Below, one piece after another: positions 1 through 9,644 of a stretch of DNA of 52,555 bases (the stretch's first letter is position 1; each line of letters begins with the position of its first letter). A program made the position numbers and the translations under genes. The notes under the pieces were generated by a model. It saw only the letters and a list, made by a program, of their open reading frames with translations, was not told the DNA's origin and did not search any database. Location of the stretch: the NCBI GenBank assembly GCA_964201775.1, contig CAXNFK010000001.1, positions 1 to 52,555 of the forward strand. Reading direction: 5' to 3'. The stretch comes from Candidatus Nanopelagicaceae bacterium. Its GTDB lineage: Bacteria > Actinomycetota > Actinomycetes > Nanopelagicales > Nanopelagicaceae.

Positions 1-2
1 CC

Positions 3-740
3 AAGATGCCAAACTTAAAAGTATTGCAAATGCCTAACGCTGGTTATGACGATGCACTCGCTTATGTCCGCCCAGGACTCACACTTTGCAATGCAAGCGG
101 TGTGCACGATGCATCAACAGCGGAACTTGCGGTTGGACTTGCACTTGCATCAAGACGCGGTTTCCCAGAATTTATTCGCGACCAGATTGCAGGAACTTGG
201 GACCATCGCCGATTTACATCGCTTTCAGATAGCAAGATTGGCGTAATCGGCTTTGGCTCAATCGGCAAACAAGTAGTTAAGAATCTTTCTGGCTTTGATG
301 TCAGCGTTACCAGTTTTTCAAAATCAGGTCGCGATGGTTCTATCAAGATTGATGAGTTAGATAAGCATCTGCCAAGCCTAGATATCGTAATTTTGATCTT
401 GCCCCTCACTGATGAATCCCGACATATGTTTAATAAGGATCGGTTAGCGAAGATGAAGGATGGGGCGCTGATTGTTAACGTCGCACGCGGCCCAATAATT
501 GAAACCGATGCGCTGCTTGCCGAATTAAATTCCGGACGAATCTATGCTGCACTTGATGTTACAGATCCAGAACCGTTGCCGGTTGGGCATCCACTTTGGA
601 AAGCCAAGAACCTATTGCTAGTTCCCCATGTTGGCGGAAACTCAACAGCATTTGAACCACGCGGCCGTAAGTTAGTTGAATCCCAACTTAAATTATTAGC
701 AGAAGGAAAACCGCTCAATAATATTGTCGCCGTTGGTTAA
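3..740 (+). CDS. D-isomer-specific 2-hydroxyacid dehydrogenase (5' end probably outside window)
   Basis: GVIGFGSIG NAD-binding motif, NVARG, ALDV and PHVGG catalytic motifs. The frame is open to the window edge and the ORF begins mid-domain (LKVLQMPNAGYD). Confidence 0.88.
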   Translation, partial: KMPNLKVLQMPNAGYDDALAYVRPGLTLCNASGVHDASTAELAVGLALASRRGFPEFIRDQIAGTWDHRRFTSLSDSKIGVIGFGSIGKQVVKNLSGFDVSVTSFSKSGRDGSIKIDELDKHLPSLDIVILILPLTDESRHMFNKDRLAKMKDGALIVNVARGPIIETDALLAELNSGRIYAALDVTDPEPLPVGHPLWKAKNLLLVPHVGGNSTAFEPRGRKLVESQLKLLAEGKPLNNIVAVG

Positions 741-752
741 TTAGAGTTAAAA

Positions 753-1595
753 ATGCGCATTGATTCGCACCACCACATTTGGGATCTTTCGGTCCGAGAC
801 CAAGAGTGGATAACTGGCGATGCGATGCAACCAATCCGCAGAAACTTCGTAATCTCAGATCTCCAAGATGCGATTGCTGGTTCGCACATCGACAGAACAA
901 TTTTGGTCCAAACGATTACCGATTACGCTGAAACTCCTGAGCTCCTTGCCATTGCGCAAAGCGACCAACTTGTCGGAGCAGTTGTGGGTTGGCTAAAAAT
1001 TGACGCCCCGGATGCGATTTCACATCTGCATCGATATCTCGATTTACCTGGCGGTGAATATCTCAAGGGAATAAGAGATATCGCCCAAGACCACCCGGAT
1101 TCAAATTATTTGGCTAAGCCCGAGACCATCGCGAATGTTCAAAAACTTGGCGAACTTGGAATTACTTATGACTTGCTTACCAAGACTCCAGAATTAGCAG
1201 CCGCAATTAAATTAGTGCGTGCCTGTCCAGATGTGCAATTTGTTATGGACCATATTTCAAAACCGTATATTGCAAAGAAAGAAATGGAACCTTGGAAAAG
1301 TTTAATTAAAGAACTTGCAACTTTTCCAAATGTTAGTTGCAAAGTTTCAGGTTTAATTACCGAAGCAAATTGGAAAGAGTGGCAAGCAAAAGATTTCAAA
1401 CCGTATGTTAATCACATAATAGAAATCTTTACGCCGCAACGATTAATGTTTGGATCTGATTGGCCGGTTGCGAACTTAGGTGGAACCTATGCCGAGATTG
1501 TTGTATTGGCAGAGGCTTTGACCTCGGGCCTAACCTCAAGTGAAGGCGAATACTTCTGGCATAAAACCGCTACCGCCGCATACCGCCTCGTGTGA
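753..1595 (+). CDS. Amidohydrolase_2 family protein, sugar-lactone lactonase type (L-fucono/L-rhamnono-lactonase-like)
   Basis: IDSHHHIW, DHISKP, CKVSGL and MFGSDWPV motifs; adjacent to a sugar ABC transporter. Confidence 0.8.
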   Translation: MRIDSHHHIWDLSVRDQEWITGDAMQPIRRNFVISDLQDAIAGSHIDRTILVQTITDYAETPELLAIAQSDQLVGAVVGWLKIDAPDAISHLHRYLDLPGGEYLKGIRDIAQDHPDSNYLAKPETIANVQKLGELGITYDLLTKTPELAAAIKLVRACPDVQFVMDHISKPYIAKKEMEPWKSLIKELATFPNVSCKVSGLITEANWKEWQAKDFKPYVNHIIEIFTPQRLMFGSDWPVANLGGTYAEIVVLAEALTSGLTSSEGEYFWHKTATAAYRLV

Positions 1596-1609
1596 AAAAT
1601 CCTTGTTCA

Positions 1610-1626
1610 ATAACGATTTGGTAACA
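1610..1626. promoter_or_regulatory. Putative OmpR-family (MtrA/GlnR-like) direct-repeat box
   Basis: ATAACG-ATTTG-GTAACA: RTAAC repeats with 11-bp period, about 100 bp upstream of the sugar SBP gene. 14/17 identical to the site at 9478-9494 (reverse strand). Confidence 0.4.
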
Positions 1627-1729
1627 AAGGCGCCCTGAGCCTGATGTTCGGGCACCTCCTGTGGACGCGCCCCTCGCATTCTTTATAGAGTTCTGCCACA
1701 GCGATTCCGCTGCTTTCGAAAGGAAACAT

Positions 1730-2728
1730 ATGAAGAAAGTTCTAACTATCGTTGCTGTTGCATCAGCAATGGCGCTAGTTGTCGGAACAGGGTCTGCAGT
1801 TAACGCTGCTGACAAGACACTAAAGCTTGAATTAGTTTCAAAGGGTGAAACTCACCAATTCTGGCAAGCAGTTAAAAAGGGTGCTGAAGAGCAAGCTGCG
1901 AAGATGAACGCAACAATTCGCTTCCAAGGCCCAGCTAACGAAACAATGATCGACAAGCAACTTGAAATGCTTGCTGGTGCAATTGCTCTTCGTCCAGATG
2001 CAATCGGTTACGCAGCTCTTGGAACAACAGAATCACTTGTTCAACTTAAGGCTGCAAAAGATGCAAAAATTCCTGTTTACATGTTCGACACAGCAGCTAG
2101 CTGCCCAGGTGGAGTTCCAGCTCTAGGAAAAGACTCTGACTGTGCACTTGGCGTTGCTTACACAAACAGTAAGGCTGCAGGATCTCTAGCGGCTGACAAG
2201 TTAGCTGCTCTAATTGGTGGTAAGGGTAAGGTTTTGGTTGTTGGTCACTCACAGACGAACCAAACTGGTATTGATCGCCGCGATGGTTTCGTAAACCGTA
2301 TCAAGGCTAAGTACAAGAAAATCACTCTTCTTCCAGTTCAATACTCAGAAGGTGGAGATGCTCTAAAGGCTCAAGAAATCGTTGCTGCTTCACTAGTTGC
2401 GAACAAAGACCTAAAGGGTATCTACGGAACTAACGAAGGTGTATCAATTGGTGCTGGACAAGCATTCAAGGCAGCTAAGTTGACCAAGGGTAAAGTTAAG
2501 TTGATCGGATTTGACTCAGGCAAGCAACAAATGGCTAACATCAAGTCAGGCCTACAATCAGGTGCGATTACACAGAGCCCAATGGGCATCGGAGCTAAGA
2601 CAGTTGAAGCGCTAGTTAACTACGTTCGCAACGGAACAACTCCAAAGAACCTTATCGATACTGGTTTCTACTACTACGATAAGAAGAACATCGCAGAACC
2701 AAAGATCGCAGGAAACCTTTACGAATAA
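1730..2728 (+). CDS. Sugar ABC transporter substrate-binding protein (RbsB/Peripla_BP_4 type)
   Basis: SKG..HQFWQAVKKGA, IPVYMFD and IGFDSG motifs. ATG at 1730 after AAAGGAAA SD, preferred over the ORF-track GTG at 1661. Signal peptide MKKVLT...AVNA. Confidence 0.9.
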   Translation: MKKVLTIVAVASAMALVVGTGSAVNAADKTLKLELVSKGETHQFWQAVKKGAEEQAAKMNATIRFQGPANETMIDKQLEMLAGAIALRPDAIGYAALGTTESLVQLKAAKDAKIPVYMFDTAASCPGGVPALGKDSDCALGVAYTNSKAAGSLAADKLAALIGGKGKVLVVGHSQTNQTGIDRRDGFVNRIKAKYKKITLLPVQYSEGGDALKAQEIVAASLVANKDLKGIYGTNEGVSIGAGQAFKAAKLTKGKVKLIGFDSGKQQMANIKSGLQSGAITQSPMGIGAKTVEALVNYVRNGTTPKNLIDTGFYYYDKKNIAEPKIAGNLYE

Positions 2729-2764
2729 TTCGAATTTATTCGAGTAATTTGTAAGAAGAAGTAA

Positions 2765-2794
2765 ATTATGGCCGGGAGAAATCCCGGCCATAAT
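2765..2794 (+). terminator. Stem-loop after SBP gene (partial terminator or mRNA stabiliser)
   Basis: ATTATGGCCGGGA-GAAA-TCCCGGCCATAAT: 13-bp perfect stem, GAAA loop, weak U tail. Confidence 0.7.
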
Positions 2795-2846
2795 GCTTTA
2801 AGATTCTGAAGAGCAGCTGGTGCTTTATCAAGTGATGGGGGAACCA

Positions 2847-4352
2847 ATGGCAACGACTCAACTCTTATCCTTAACTGGTGTAAGCAAGGAGTTCCCTGGC
2901 GTAAAAGCACTTAATAATGTGCATTTTGATTTGAACAAAGGTGAAGTCCACGCAATTGTTGGCGAAAACGGAGCCGGAAAATCAACGCTGATGAAGATTC
3001 TTTCTGGTATCTACAAGAAAGACACTGGCGAAATTGTCTATCAAAGCAAAAATGTAAATGTTTCCAGTCCGCTTGAGGCGCAAAAATTAGGAATTAGCAT
3101 CATTCATCAAGAATTGAACTTGATGCCAGATTTAACTGTTGCCCAGAACATATTCATTGGCCGCGAAGATCGTCGAAAGGGTCGTTTATTTCTTGATGAA
3201 TCAAGGCTCAACAAAGCGGCAAGGGAACTTCTAGCTGAACTTGAATTGGTATTAGACCCGAAGCAAAAGGTTGGCGAACTTACAATCGCTAAACAGCAAA
3301 TGGTAGAAATTGCGAAAGCCGTTTCCTATCGCGGTGAAGTAATCATCATGGATGAACCAACATCTTCGCTTACTCCCGCTGAAACCGAAGCACTTTTTAA
3401 GATCATCAGATCGCTGAAGGCTTCTGGCAAGGGAGTTGTCTACATTTCTCACCGCTTAGAAGAACTCAGTAAGATTACTGATCGGATTACAGTCCTTAGA
3501 GATGGCGAATATGTAAAGACTTTGAATACTTCTGATACTTCAATTCCTGAAGTTATCTCACTGATGGTGGGACGCAAGGTTGATCAAGATCAGCGCCCGG
3601 ATGCTCGCCAAATCAGCACCGAAGTTGTCTTAAAAGTTGAGGGAATTTCTGATGCCAGACTTCTAAAAGATGTTTCCTTCGAGCTGCACAAGGGAGAAAT
3701 CCTAGGGTTTGCTGGATTGATGGGTGCTGGCCGTACCGAACTCGCACGTGCGCTTATCGGCGCAGACCCAAAAACTGCTGGAAAGATTTTTCTTCGTGGC
3801 AAAGAGGTAAAGATTAAAAGCCCATCAGATGCCGTTAAATTCGGAATCGGCTATCTCTCTGAAGATCGCAAGAAGTATGGCCTGCTTTTAATTCAGAATT
3901 TAACCTTCAATGTAATCCTCTCCTCAATCCCCTCATTTTCAAATAAGTTTGGCTTTCTAAAAACCAAGTCTGCAGGGTCGATTACAAGAGGTGCAATTAA
4001 GCAGCTTTCAATTAGAACGCCATCTGAGAATCAATTCTTGAAGAATCTCTCTGGTGGAAACCAGCAGAAAGTTGTTATAGCAAAGTGGCTTACCCGAGAT
4101 TGCGATATCTTGATTTTTGATGAGCCCACTCGCGGTATCGATGTTGGTGCAAAAGATGAAATTTACAAGCTTCTAACAAAGCTTGCATCCGAAGGAAAAT
4201 CAATCATCATGATTTCTTCAGAGCTTCCCGAAATCCTTCGAATGTCAGATCGCATCGCTGTGATGTGTGAAGGCAATCTGACTGGAATCATCGATAATAA
4301 AGATGCCGACCAGAACAAAATAATGCAATATGCCACAAAATTCCGCGACTAG
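2847..4352 (+). CDS. Sugar ABC transporter ATP-binding protein (two fused NBDs, RbsA/MglA type)
   Basis: GENGAGKST Walker A, IIMDEPT, LSGGNQQK, FDEPTRGIDVG. ATG at 2847 after GGGGGA. Confidence 0.93.
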   Translation: MATTQLLSLTGVSKEFPGVKALNNVHFDLNKGEVHAIVGENGAGKSTLMKILSGIYKKDTGEIVYQSKNVNVSSPLEAQKLGISIIHQELNLMPDLTVAQNIFIGREDRRKGRLFLDESRLNKAARELLAELELVLDPKQKVGELTIAKQQMVEIAKAVSYRGEVIIMDEPTSSLTPAETEALFKIIRSLKASGKGVVYISHRLEELSKITDRITVLRDGEYVKTLNTSDTSIPEVISLMVGRKVDQDQRPDARQISTEVVLKVEGISDARLLKDVSFELHKGEILGFAGLMGAGRTELARALIGADPKTAGKIFLRGKEVKIKSPSDAVKFGIGYLSEDRKKYGLLLIQNLTFNVILSSIPSFSNKFGFLKTKSAGSITRGAIKQLSIRTPSENQFLKNLSGGNQQKVVIAKWLTRDCDILIFDEPTRGIDVGAKDEIYKLLTKLASEGKSIIMISSELPEILRMSDRIAVMCEGNLTGIIDNKDADQNKIMQYATKFRD

Positions 4353-4388
4353 ATAAAAATTTCAACAAGACCAGGAGAAGAGAGAACA

Positions 4389-5405
4389 ATGACAGATACA
4401 ACGAATGTAACTGAAGGAAAAGTCAGCGGTGGAAACAGGCTTGTTGCCTACGCCAAGCGTGAAGTAGGACGAGTTCTTGCACTTGCAAGCCTTGTCGTAA
4501 TCTTCATCTTCTTCACAATAATGCGTCCAGTTTTTGCCTCATGGGAGAACGTCTCTGGTGGAATTTTGATGTCCACCACGGTCATTGGTCTGATGGCGAT
4601 TGGAACAACCTTCGTAATTATTACCGGAGGTATCGATCTCTCAATCGGAACTGCTACTGCTCTAGTTGCGATAATTGTCGGCAAGTTGGTTCAAGGTTTA
4701 AATCTAAATGTTTGGACTGGAATTCTTGTTGGAATTCTTGTTGGTGGACTCTGCGGTGTAATCAATGGTCTCTTGATTACAATTTTAAAACTGCCACCAT
4801 TTATTGCAACCCTTGCCACTATGAAGGCAGCACAAGGTTTAGCACTAATTATCTCTGACCTAAAACCAGTTCTATTCACAACAGATGTGCCAGGATGGGA
4901 TTCGATCGCAATTGGAGAACTAATTCCGAATCTGCCGAATGCTGTTTTGATTCTCTTTGCTGGCGCGGTTGTTGCCGCAATTATTTTAAATAAGACCGTT
5001 CTAGGTCGTTATACCTTTGCAATTGGTTCCAATGAAGCAGCGACTAAGTTATCTGGGGTTAAGGTAAATAGCTGGCTTATTGCAATCTATGGCCTTGGTG
5101 GACTTTATGTTGGCCTAGCCGCAGTTGTTCTGACTTCACGTCTTGGTTCAGCTCGCCCAGATCTTGGTCTTGGATACGAACTTGAAGCAATTGCTGCGGT
5201 AATTATCGGAGGAACTTCACTTCTCGGAGGTAAGGGAACAATCAGCGGAACCATTATTGGTGCCTTGATTATGTCGGTTCTTGTTAACGGACTTCGCATC
5301 CTTGAACTGCAACAGGAATGGCAATATGTAATTACGGGCATTGTTATCGTTCTTGCCGTGTGGGGAGATAATGTTCGTCGCCGTAAAACCGGAGAAATCA
5401 GCTAA
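4389..5405 (+). CDS. Sugar ABC transporter permease (RbsC type)
   Basis: ITGGIDLSIG, GRYTFAIGSNEAA, YELEAIAAVIIGGTSLLGG; multiple TM segments. Confidence 0.92.
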   Translation: MTDTTNVTEGKVSGGNRLVAYAKREVGRVLALASLVVIFIFFTIMRPVFASWENVSGGILMSTTVIGLMAIGTTFVIITGGIDLSIGTATALVAIIVGKLVQGLNLNVWTGILVGILVGGLCGVINGLLITILKLPPFIATLATMKAAQGLALIISDLKPVLFTTDVPGWDSIAIGELIPNLPNAVLILFAGAVVAAIILNKTVLGRYTFAIGSNEAATKLSGVKVNSWLIAIYGLGGLYVGLAAVVLTSRLGSARPDLGLGYELEAIAAVIIGGTSLLGGKGTISGTIIGALIMSVLVNGLRILELQQEWQYVITGIVIVLAVWGDNVRRRKTGEIS

Positions 5406-5418
5406 CAAGGAGGACGAA

Positions 5419-5904
5419 GTGAAGTACAAATCGGTAAAGGGTTTACTTACTAACGATGAGTCACTAATTCCGGTGACCTTTATCGACAAGCTCGAAGATA
5501 TTTTGCACGGCTTTCTTGGAATAATTCTATTTGTTATCTCCGTATTGGCTGCTGGTTACAGCCTCCAACGTTTAATTGAAACTCGTCCATTTTTTCCTTT
5601 AGGAATGATTCAGGCAATAAATGACATTCTCTTTGTAATAATCATTCTGGAAATCATGCGAACCGTAATAGTTCGATTTACTGATGGAATTTTCCAACTA
5701 GATAACTTCTTGATCATCGGTGTTATTGCTGCAGTTCGACATATTCTTACTGTCGGAGCATCTCTCACCATGGAGAAAGAGAAGACAACCGAGTATTTCA
5801 ACCGTTCGCTTATTGAAATGGGCGTTAATACTGGAATCGTTTTGGCTCTTGTCTTCGCACTATTTTTATCTCGCGCAGCACGCAAAAACAACACCAACAA
5901 ATAA
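5419..5904 (+). CDS. PsiE-family (phosphate-starvation-inducible E-like) membrane protein
   Basis: Four TM segments with DILFVIIILEI and FLIIGVIAAVRHIL motifs. GTG at 5419 after AAGGAGG SD; the ORF-track start at 5341 overlaps the permease. Confidence 0.7.
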   Translation: MKYKSVKGLLTNDESLIPVTFIDKLEDILHGFLGIILFVISVLAAGYSLQRLIETRPFFPLGMIQAINDILFVIIILEIMRTVIVRFTDGIFQLDNFLIIGVIAAVRHILTVGASLTMEKEKTTEYFNRSLIEMGVNTGIVLALVFALFLSRAARKNNTNK

Positions 5905-6048
5905 TTCTTAAGGCGGCCTAGCGCAGCTTGATTTGGTGACTTTTCTCTCAAAAACGTTGAAATTAGCGTTTTCAAAAGGTAGCCTTCCAACCTGATCGCA
6001 ACTACATTTGCGCCGTAACCTACGTAGTGAAGGAATGGAATTTAACTC

Positions 6049-6942
6049 ATGTCAGATTTCATCCAGTATTTCTTCAACGGCCTAGTAGTTGGTTGTATCT
6101 TCGCAATCGCAGCAGTTGGAATTTCACTTCTTTATAGCGTGCTCAGGTTGGTTAACTTTGCTGCAGGTGACTTCTTAACACTTGGCGCATTCATAACATA
6201 TTTTTTAAGTGTGACTTTAGAGTTGAATTTTTTACTTTCTGTTCTAGTTTCGATGATTGCAGGAATGGCAATTAGTTGGTTCTTGGAGTTAGTACTTTGG
6301 CGAAATTTACGTCGCAATAAAGCTGGAACTCTCGCTCTCTTCTTAGTCGCAACTGGCGTAGCGTTAATGTTGCGACCTTTAATTCAATTTTTGTTTGGCA
6401 CAGAGACTCGTAAATTCAATATCGATATCCTCAAAACTTATGATTTCCTCGGAGCTCGTATTCCACAAACTCAGTTACTAGTTTTAATCTTTGCTTCGGC
6501 CTCAATTTTGACCATCGCTCTATTCATCGCCAAAGCACGTATCGGAAAAGATATGCGTGCGTATGCAAACAATCCTGGTCTTGCATCAGTATCTGGAATA
6601 AATGTAGATCGAGTAGTTATCGCAACCTGGTTAATTTCTGGTGCCCTAGGTTCACTTGCTGGAGTTTTCCAAGGCCTAGTTCAAGGTCAATTTAATAATG
6701 CAATGGGCGAAAGTTTACTTTTATCTTTCTTTGCCGCAGTAGTTCTTGGCACGATTGGTGATGCTTACGGTGCGCTAGCCGGTGGTTTATTGCTGGGATT
6801 GATTATGGAGTTATCTCAGTTAGGTATTTTCTTTGGCGGAGTTCCAAGTAATTACAAACCAGTGGTGGCATTCGCAACTTTAGTTTTAGTCCTTCTATTC
6901 AAGCCTGAAGGAATCTTTGGCTACCGAGCGAGAAAGGTCTAG
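6049..6942 (+). CDS. livH: Branched-chain amino acid-type ABC permease
   Basis: NGLVVG..AIAAVGISLLY..LVNFAAG, GKDMRA, AAVVLG motifs. Confidence 0.88.
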   Translation: MSDFIQYFFNGLVVGCIFAIAAVGISLLYSVLRLVNFAAGDFLTLGAFITYFLSVTLELNFLLSVLVSMIAGMAISWFLELVLWRNLRRNKAGTLALFLVATGVALMLRPLIQFLFGTETRKFNIDILKTYDFLGARIPQTQLLVLIFASASILTIALFIAKARIGKDMRAYANNPGLASVSGINVDRVVIATWLISGALGSLAGVFQGLVQGQFNNAMGESLLLSFFAAVVLGTIGDAYGALAGGLLLGLIMELSQLGIFFGGVPSNYKPVVAFATLVLVLLFKPEGIFGYRARKV

Positions 6943-6944
6943 CC

Positions 6945-7925
6945 ATGGAAGCATTTTTACAACCAGGATTTTGGGTATTCGTTTTAGCTTTAGCTGGCAT
7001 GTATGGAATTTTCTCCTTAGGTCTTCAAATTCAGTATGGCGTTGGCGGAATTATGAATTTTGGCCACGTCGGAATGATGGCCGTTTCAGGTTACACAATT
7101 GCAGTACTAGTTATTTCATATCAATGGAGTTTTTGGTGGGCAGCGCTAGTTGGAGTAATTCTTGCAGCGTTCTTAGGTGCTCTTCTTGGCTTAACAACGT
7201 TACGCCTAAGTGGCGATTACTTCGCAATTGCCAGCATTGCATTCGCAGAAATTGTTCGGTACTGGATTCTCAATACCGATTCCGTAACTGGCGGAACTCA
7301 AGGTTCGCTTGCAATTCCAAGCCCCAATGGATTTGGCGGCTACACCGATCAACCAGATGTGATTTTAAATTGGATCTCAGATCGCTTGTATCCAATTATT
7401 GGTGAAGAAGCATCACGTGATTTATCAATGGTTTTAGTTGTCTGGCCGTTTTTCTTGTTATTCATTTGGATCTCATCTCGATTGCAAAAAACTTCCTGGG
7501 CAAGAGTTCTCCGTGCCACTCGCGAAGATGATGATGTTCCTCGCTCGCTCGGAAAGAATGTATTTCGTTTTCGGCTTCAGACTCTAATTATTGGTTCAGT
7601 TTTTGGCGGAATTGCTGGAGTCTTCTGGGCGTTGCAGTTTGCGCTGCTAGCCCCTGAAGATTTCCTTCGAATCGTGACCTTCTACGGTTGGATGATTCTG
7701 ATTCTTGCTGGATCCACGCGGGTAAAGGGCTTGTTTGTTGCAGCAATCTTCTTTGGTTTCCTTTATGGCGCAACCAGATTCTTAGAATTTTGGCCGCTCT
7801 CACTTCTTTCATCACCAGAAAGAGCTTATCTTCGCGTCTTCTTAATTGGTTTCGTAATTGTTCTGCTTATGGTCAAACGGCCGCAAGGCTTGTTTGGTAA
7901 GCGCCAAGAGATGGTTTTGGAGTAA
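6945..7925 (+). CDS. livM: Branched-chain amino acid-type ABC permease
   Basis: GLQIQYGVGGIMNFGH, LRLSGDYFAIASIAFAE, RATREDD, RPQGLFG. Confidence 0.88.
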   Translation: MEAFLQPGFWVFVLALAGMYGIFSLGLQIQYGVGGIMNFGHVGMMAVSGYTIAVLVISYQWSFWWAALVGVILAAFLGALLGLTTLRLSGDYFAIASIAFAEIVRYWILNTDSVTGGTQGSLAIPSPNGFGGYTDQPDVILNWISDRLYPIIGEEASRDLSMVLVVWPFFLLFIWISSRLQKTSWARVLRATREDDDVPRSLGKNVFRFRLQTLIIGSVFGGIAGVFWALQFALLAPEDFLRIVTFYGWMILILAGSTRVKGLFVAAIFFGFLYGATRFLEFWPLSLLSSPERAYLRVFLIGFVIVLLMVKRPQGLFGKRQEMVLE

Positions 7926-7927
7926 GC

Positions 7928-8722
7928 ATGAATAATTCAATGGCTGCTAATTCAGTGATACTAGATGTAAGAAACATTTCAGTGAGCTTTGGTGGAGTTA
8001 AACCAGTTCAGGATGTTAGTTTCACTATAAATGAGAACACATTCACTTCGGTCATTGGGCCTAATGGCGCTGGAAAAACTTCCTTATTCAATCTGTTGAG
8101 CGGAATGAACAAAGTCAGTTCAGGTGAGATATTTTTTAGTGGCGAGGCTATTCAATCAATCCATGCCCACAAGATTGCACAAAAAGGACTGGTGCGTACC
8201 TTTCAAGGCGCAAAGATTATTAGAAGGCTAACAGTTGCCGAAAATTTGATGATGGCGGTCAAAGATAATCCAGGAGATAACCTGCTTGGCTTTTTCACGC
8301 CACGGGCACGAAAAGCATTTGAAGTTAAAGCCCGCGAAGAAGCAATGCGTCGACTAGATCAAGTTGGGCTAACCAAATTTGCCGATGAATATGCTGGAAT
8401 TCTTTCAGGTGGCCAACGCAAACTTCTTGATTTATCTAGAGCTTTGATGGCAGATCCAACTATGTTGCTTCTAGACGAGCCTTTTGCTGGGGTAAATCCA
8501 ACTTTAGTAGAAAAGCTTTTAACCGTATTAGCCACTCTGCGAAAAGAGCAATCAATTACCTTCTTGTTGATTGAGCATGACTTGGAAACCGTAATGAATA
8601 TTTCTGATCGCGTGATTGTGATGGCTGAGGGAAAGATAATTGCCGATGGGTTACCAAATTCAATCTATGAAAATGATTTAGTGATTGATGCATATTTAGG
8701 CTCTCGCCGGAAGGATTCTTAA
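7928..8722 (+). CDS. livG: Branched-chain amino acid-type ABC ATP-binding protein
   Basis: GPNGAGKTS, GLVRTFQ, LSGGQRK, LLLDEPFAGVN, IEHD, AYLG. Confidence 0.9.
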   Translation: MNNSMAANSVILDVRNISVSFGGVKPVQDVSFTINENTFTSVIGPNGAGKTSLFNLLSGMNKVSSGEIFFSGEAIQSIHAHKIAQKGLVRTFQGAKIIRRLTVAENLMMAVKDNPGDNLLGFFTPRARKAFEVKAREEAMRRLDQVGLTKFADEYAGILSGGQRKLLDLSRALMADPTMLLLDEPFAGVNPTLVEKLLTVLATLRKEQSITFLLIEHDLETVMNISDRVIVMAEGKIIADGLPNSIYENDLVIDAYLGSRRKDS

Positions 8723-9466
8723 ATGGCTGATAACACTTCAAAAAACCCGTTATTTACAGTTACAGACCTGCAAGGCGGTTACGGCGATATCCAAATTCTA
8801 AATGGGGTATCAATTAATGTGCCAGAAAGGCATATTGTCACAATTGTGGGACCAAACGGTGCCGGAAAATCAACAATATTAAAAGCAATCTATGGAATCG
8901 CAAAGGTTACATCTGGTTCTGTAACACTTAATAAAGATGGTGTGGCAGTTGATGTGCTTGCTACCAAGCCCCACAACTTATCCAAAATTGGTGTTGGTTA
9001 CGTTCCACAGATTGACAATGTTTTCCCTGCTTTAAGCATTGAAGAGAATCTTGAAGTTGGATATGTAAATTTTTCAAACAAATCACTAGATGAAATTCGT
9101 GATGAGATTTATCAAAGATATCCAGATTTAAAAAAGCGTCATAAAGATCGTGCCGGAACTTTATCTGGAGGCCAGCGACAAATGTTGGCGATGGCGCGGG
9201 CGCTAATGTCATCACCTAGCATTTTGCTACTCGATGAACCATCAGCAGGTTTAGCACCAGCACTTGTTGACCAATTATTTGATGAGTTAGTAAAGATTAA
9301 TAAATCTGGTGTAACAATTTTGATGGTGGAACAGAATGCACGTCGGGCGTTAGCGATTTCCGATTATGGCTATGTTCTCGACATGGGCCGCAACCGACAT
9401 GAAGGCGTTGGATCTGCCCTGGTAGATGACCCTGAAATCGTAGGGATTTATCTAGGGAAGAAGTAG
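8723..9466 (+). CDS. livF: Branched-chain amino acid-type ABC ATP-binding protein
   Basis: GPNGAGKST, GYVPQ, LSGGQRQMLAMARAL, LDEPSAGLAP, VEQNA. Confidence 0.9.
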   Translation: MADNTSKNPLFTVTDLQGGYGDIQILNGVSINVPERHIVTIVGPNGAGKSTILKAIYGIAKVTSGSVTLNKDGVAVDVLATKPHNLSKIGVGYVPQIDNVFPALSIEENLEVGYVNFSNKSLDEIRDEIYQRYPDLKKRHKDRAGTLSGGQRQMLAMARALMSSPSILLLDEPSAGLAPALVDQLFDELVKINKSGVTILMVEQNARRALAISDYGYVLDMGRNRHEGVGSALVDDPEIVGIYLGKK

Positions 9467-9477
9467 GAAGAATTAAT

Positions 9478-9494
9478 CGTTACCAAAAAGTTAT
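9478..9494. promoter_or_regulatory. Putative OmpR-family (MtrA/GlnR-like) direct-repeat box
   Basis: Reverse complement ATAACT-TTTTG-GTAACG matches the box at 1610-1626; lies upstream of the second SBP gene. Confidence 0.4.
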
Positions 9495-9644
9495 AACTCT
9501 CCCGCATAAAAGTTCGTAATTTACTCTCCCGTACAAATAATCACCGTGCCTAACCTCTATTCAATTAGGTATATTGAAGTTAAGGTTCTGTCGATACGTG
9601 GCCACCTGCTTAACCTAAAAAGTTAAGTTAAACCAAGGAGAGAT

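Noticed and set aside
6917-7405. 162-aa ORF in an alternative frame
   Set aside because: Overlaps livM out of frame; W/R/S/C-rich composition typical of non-coding frames.
9496-9531. Direct repeat ACTCTCCCG x2, 27 bp apart; the first copy partly resembles the IclR half-site (CCCGCAT)
   Set aside because: Only two short copies and no second half-site; could be chance.
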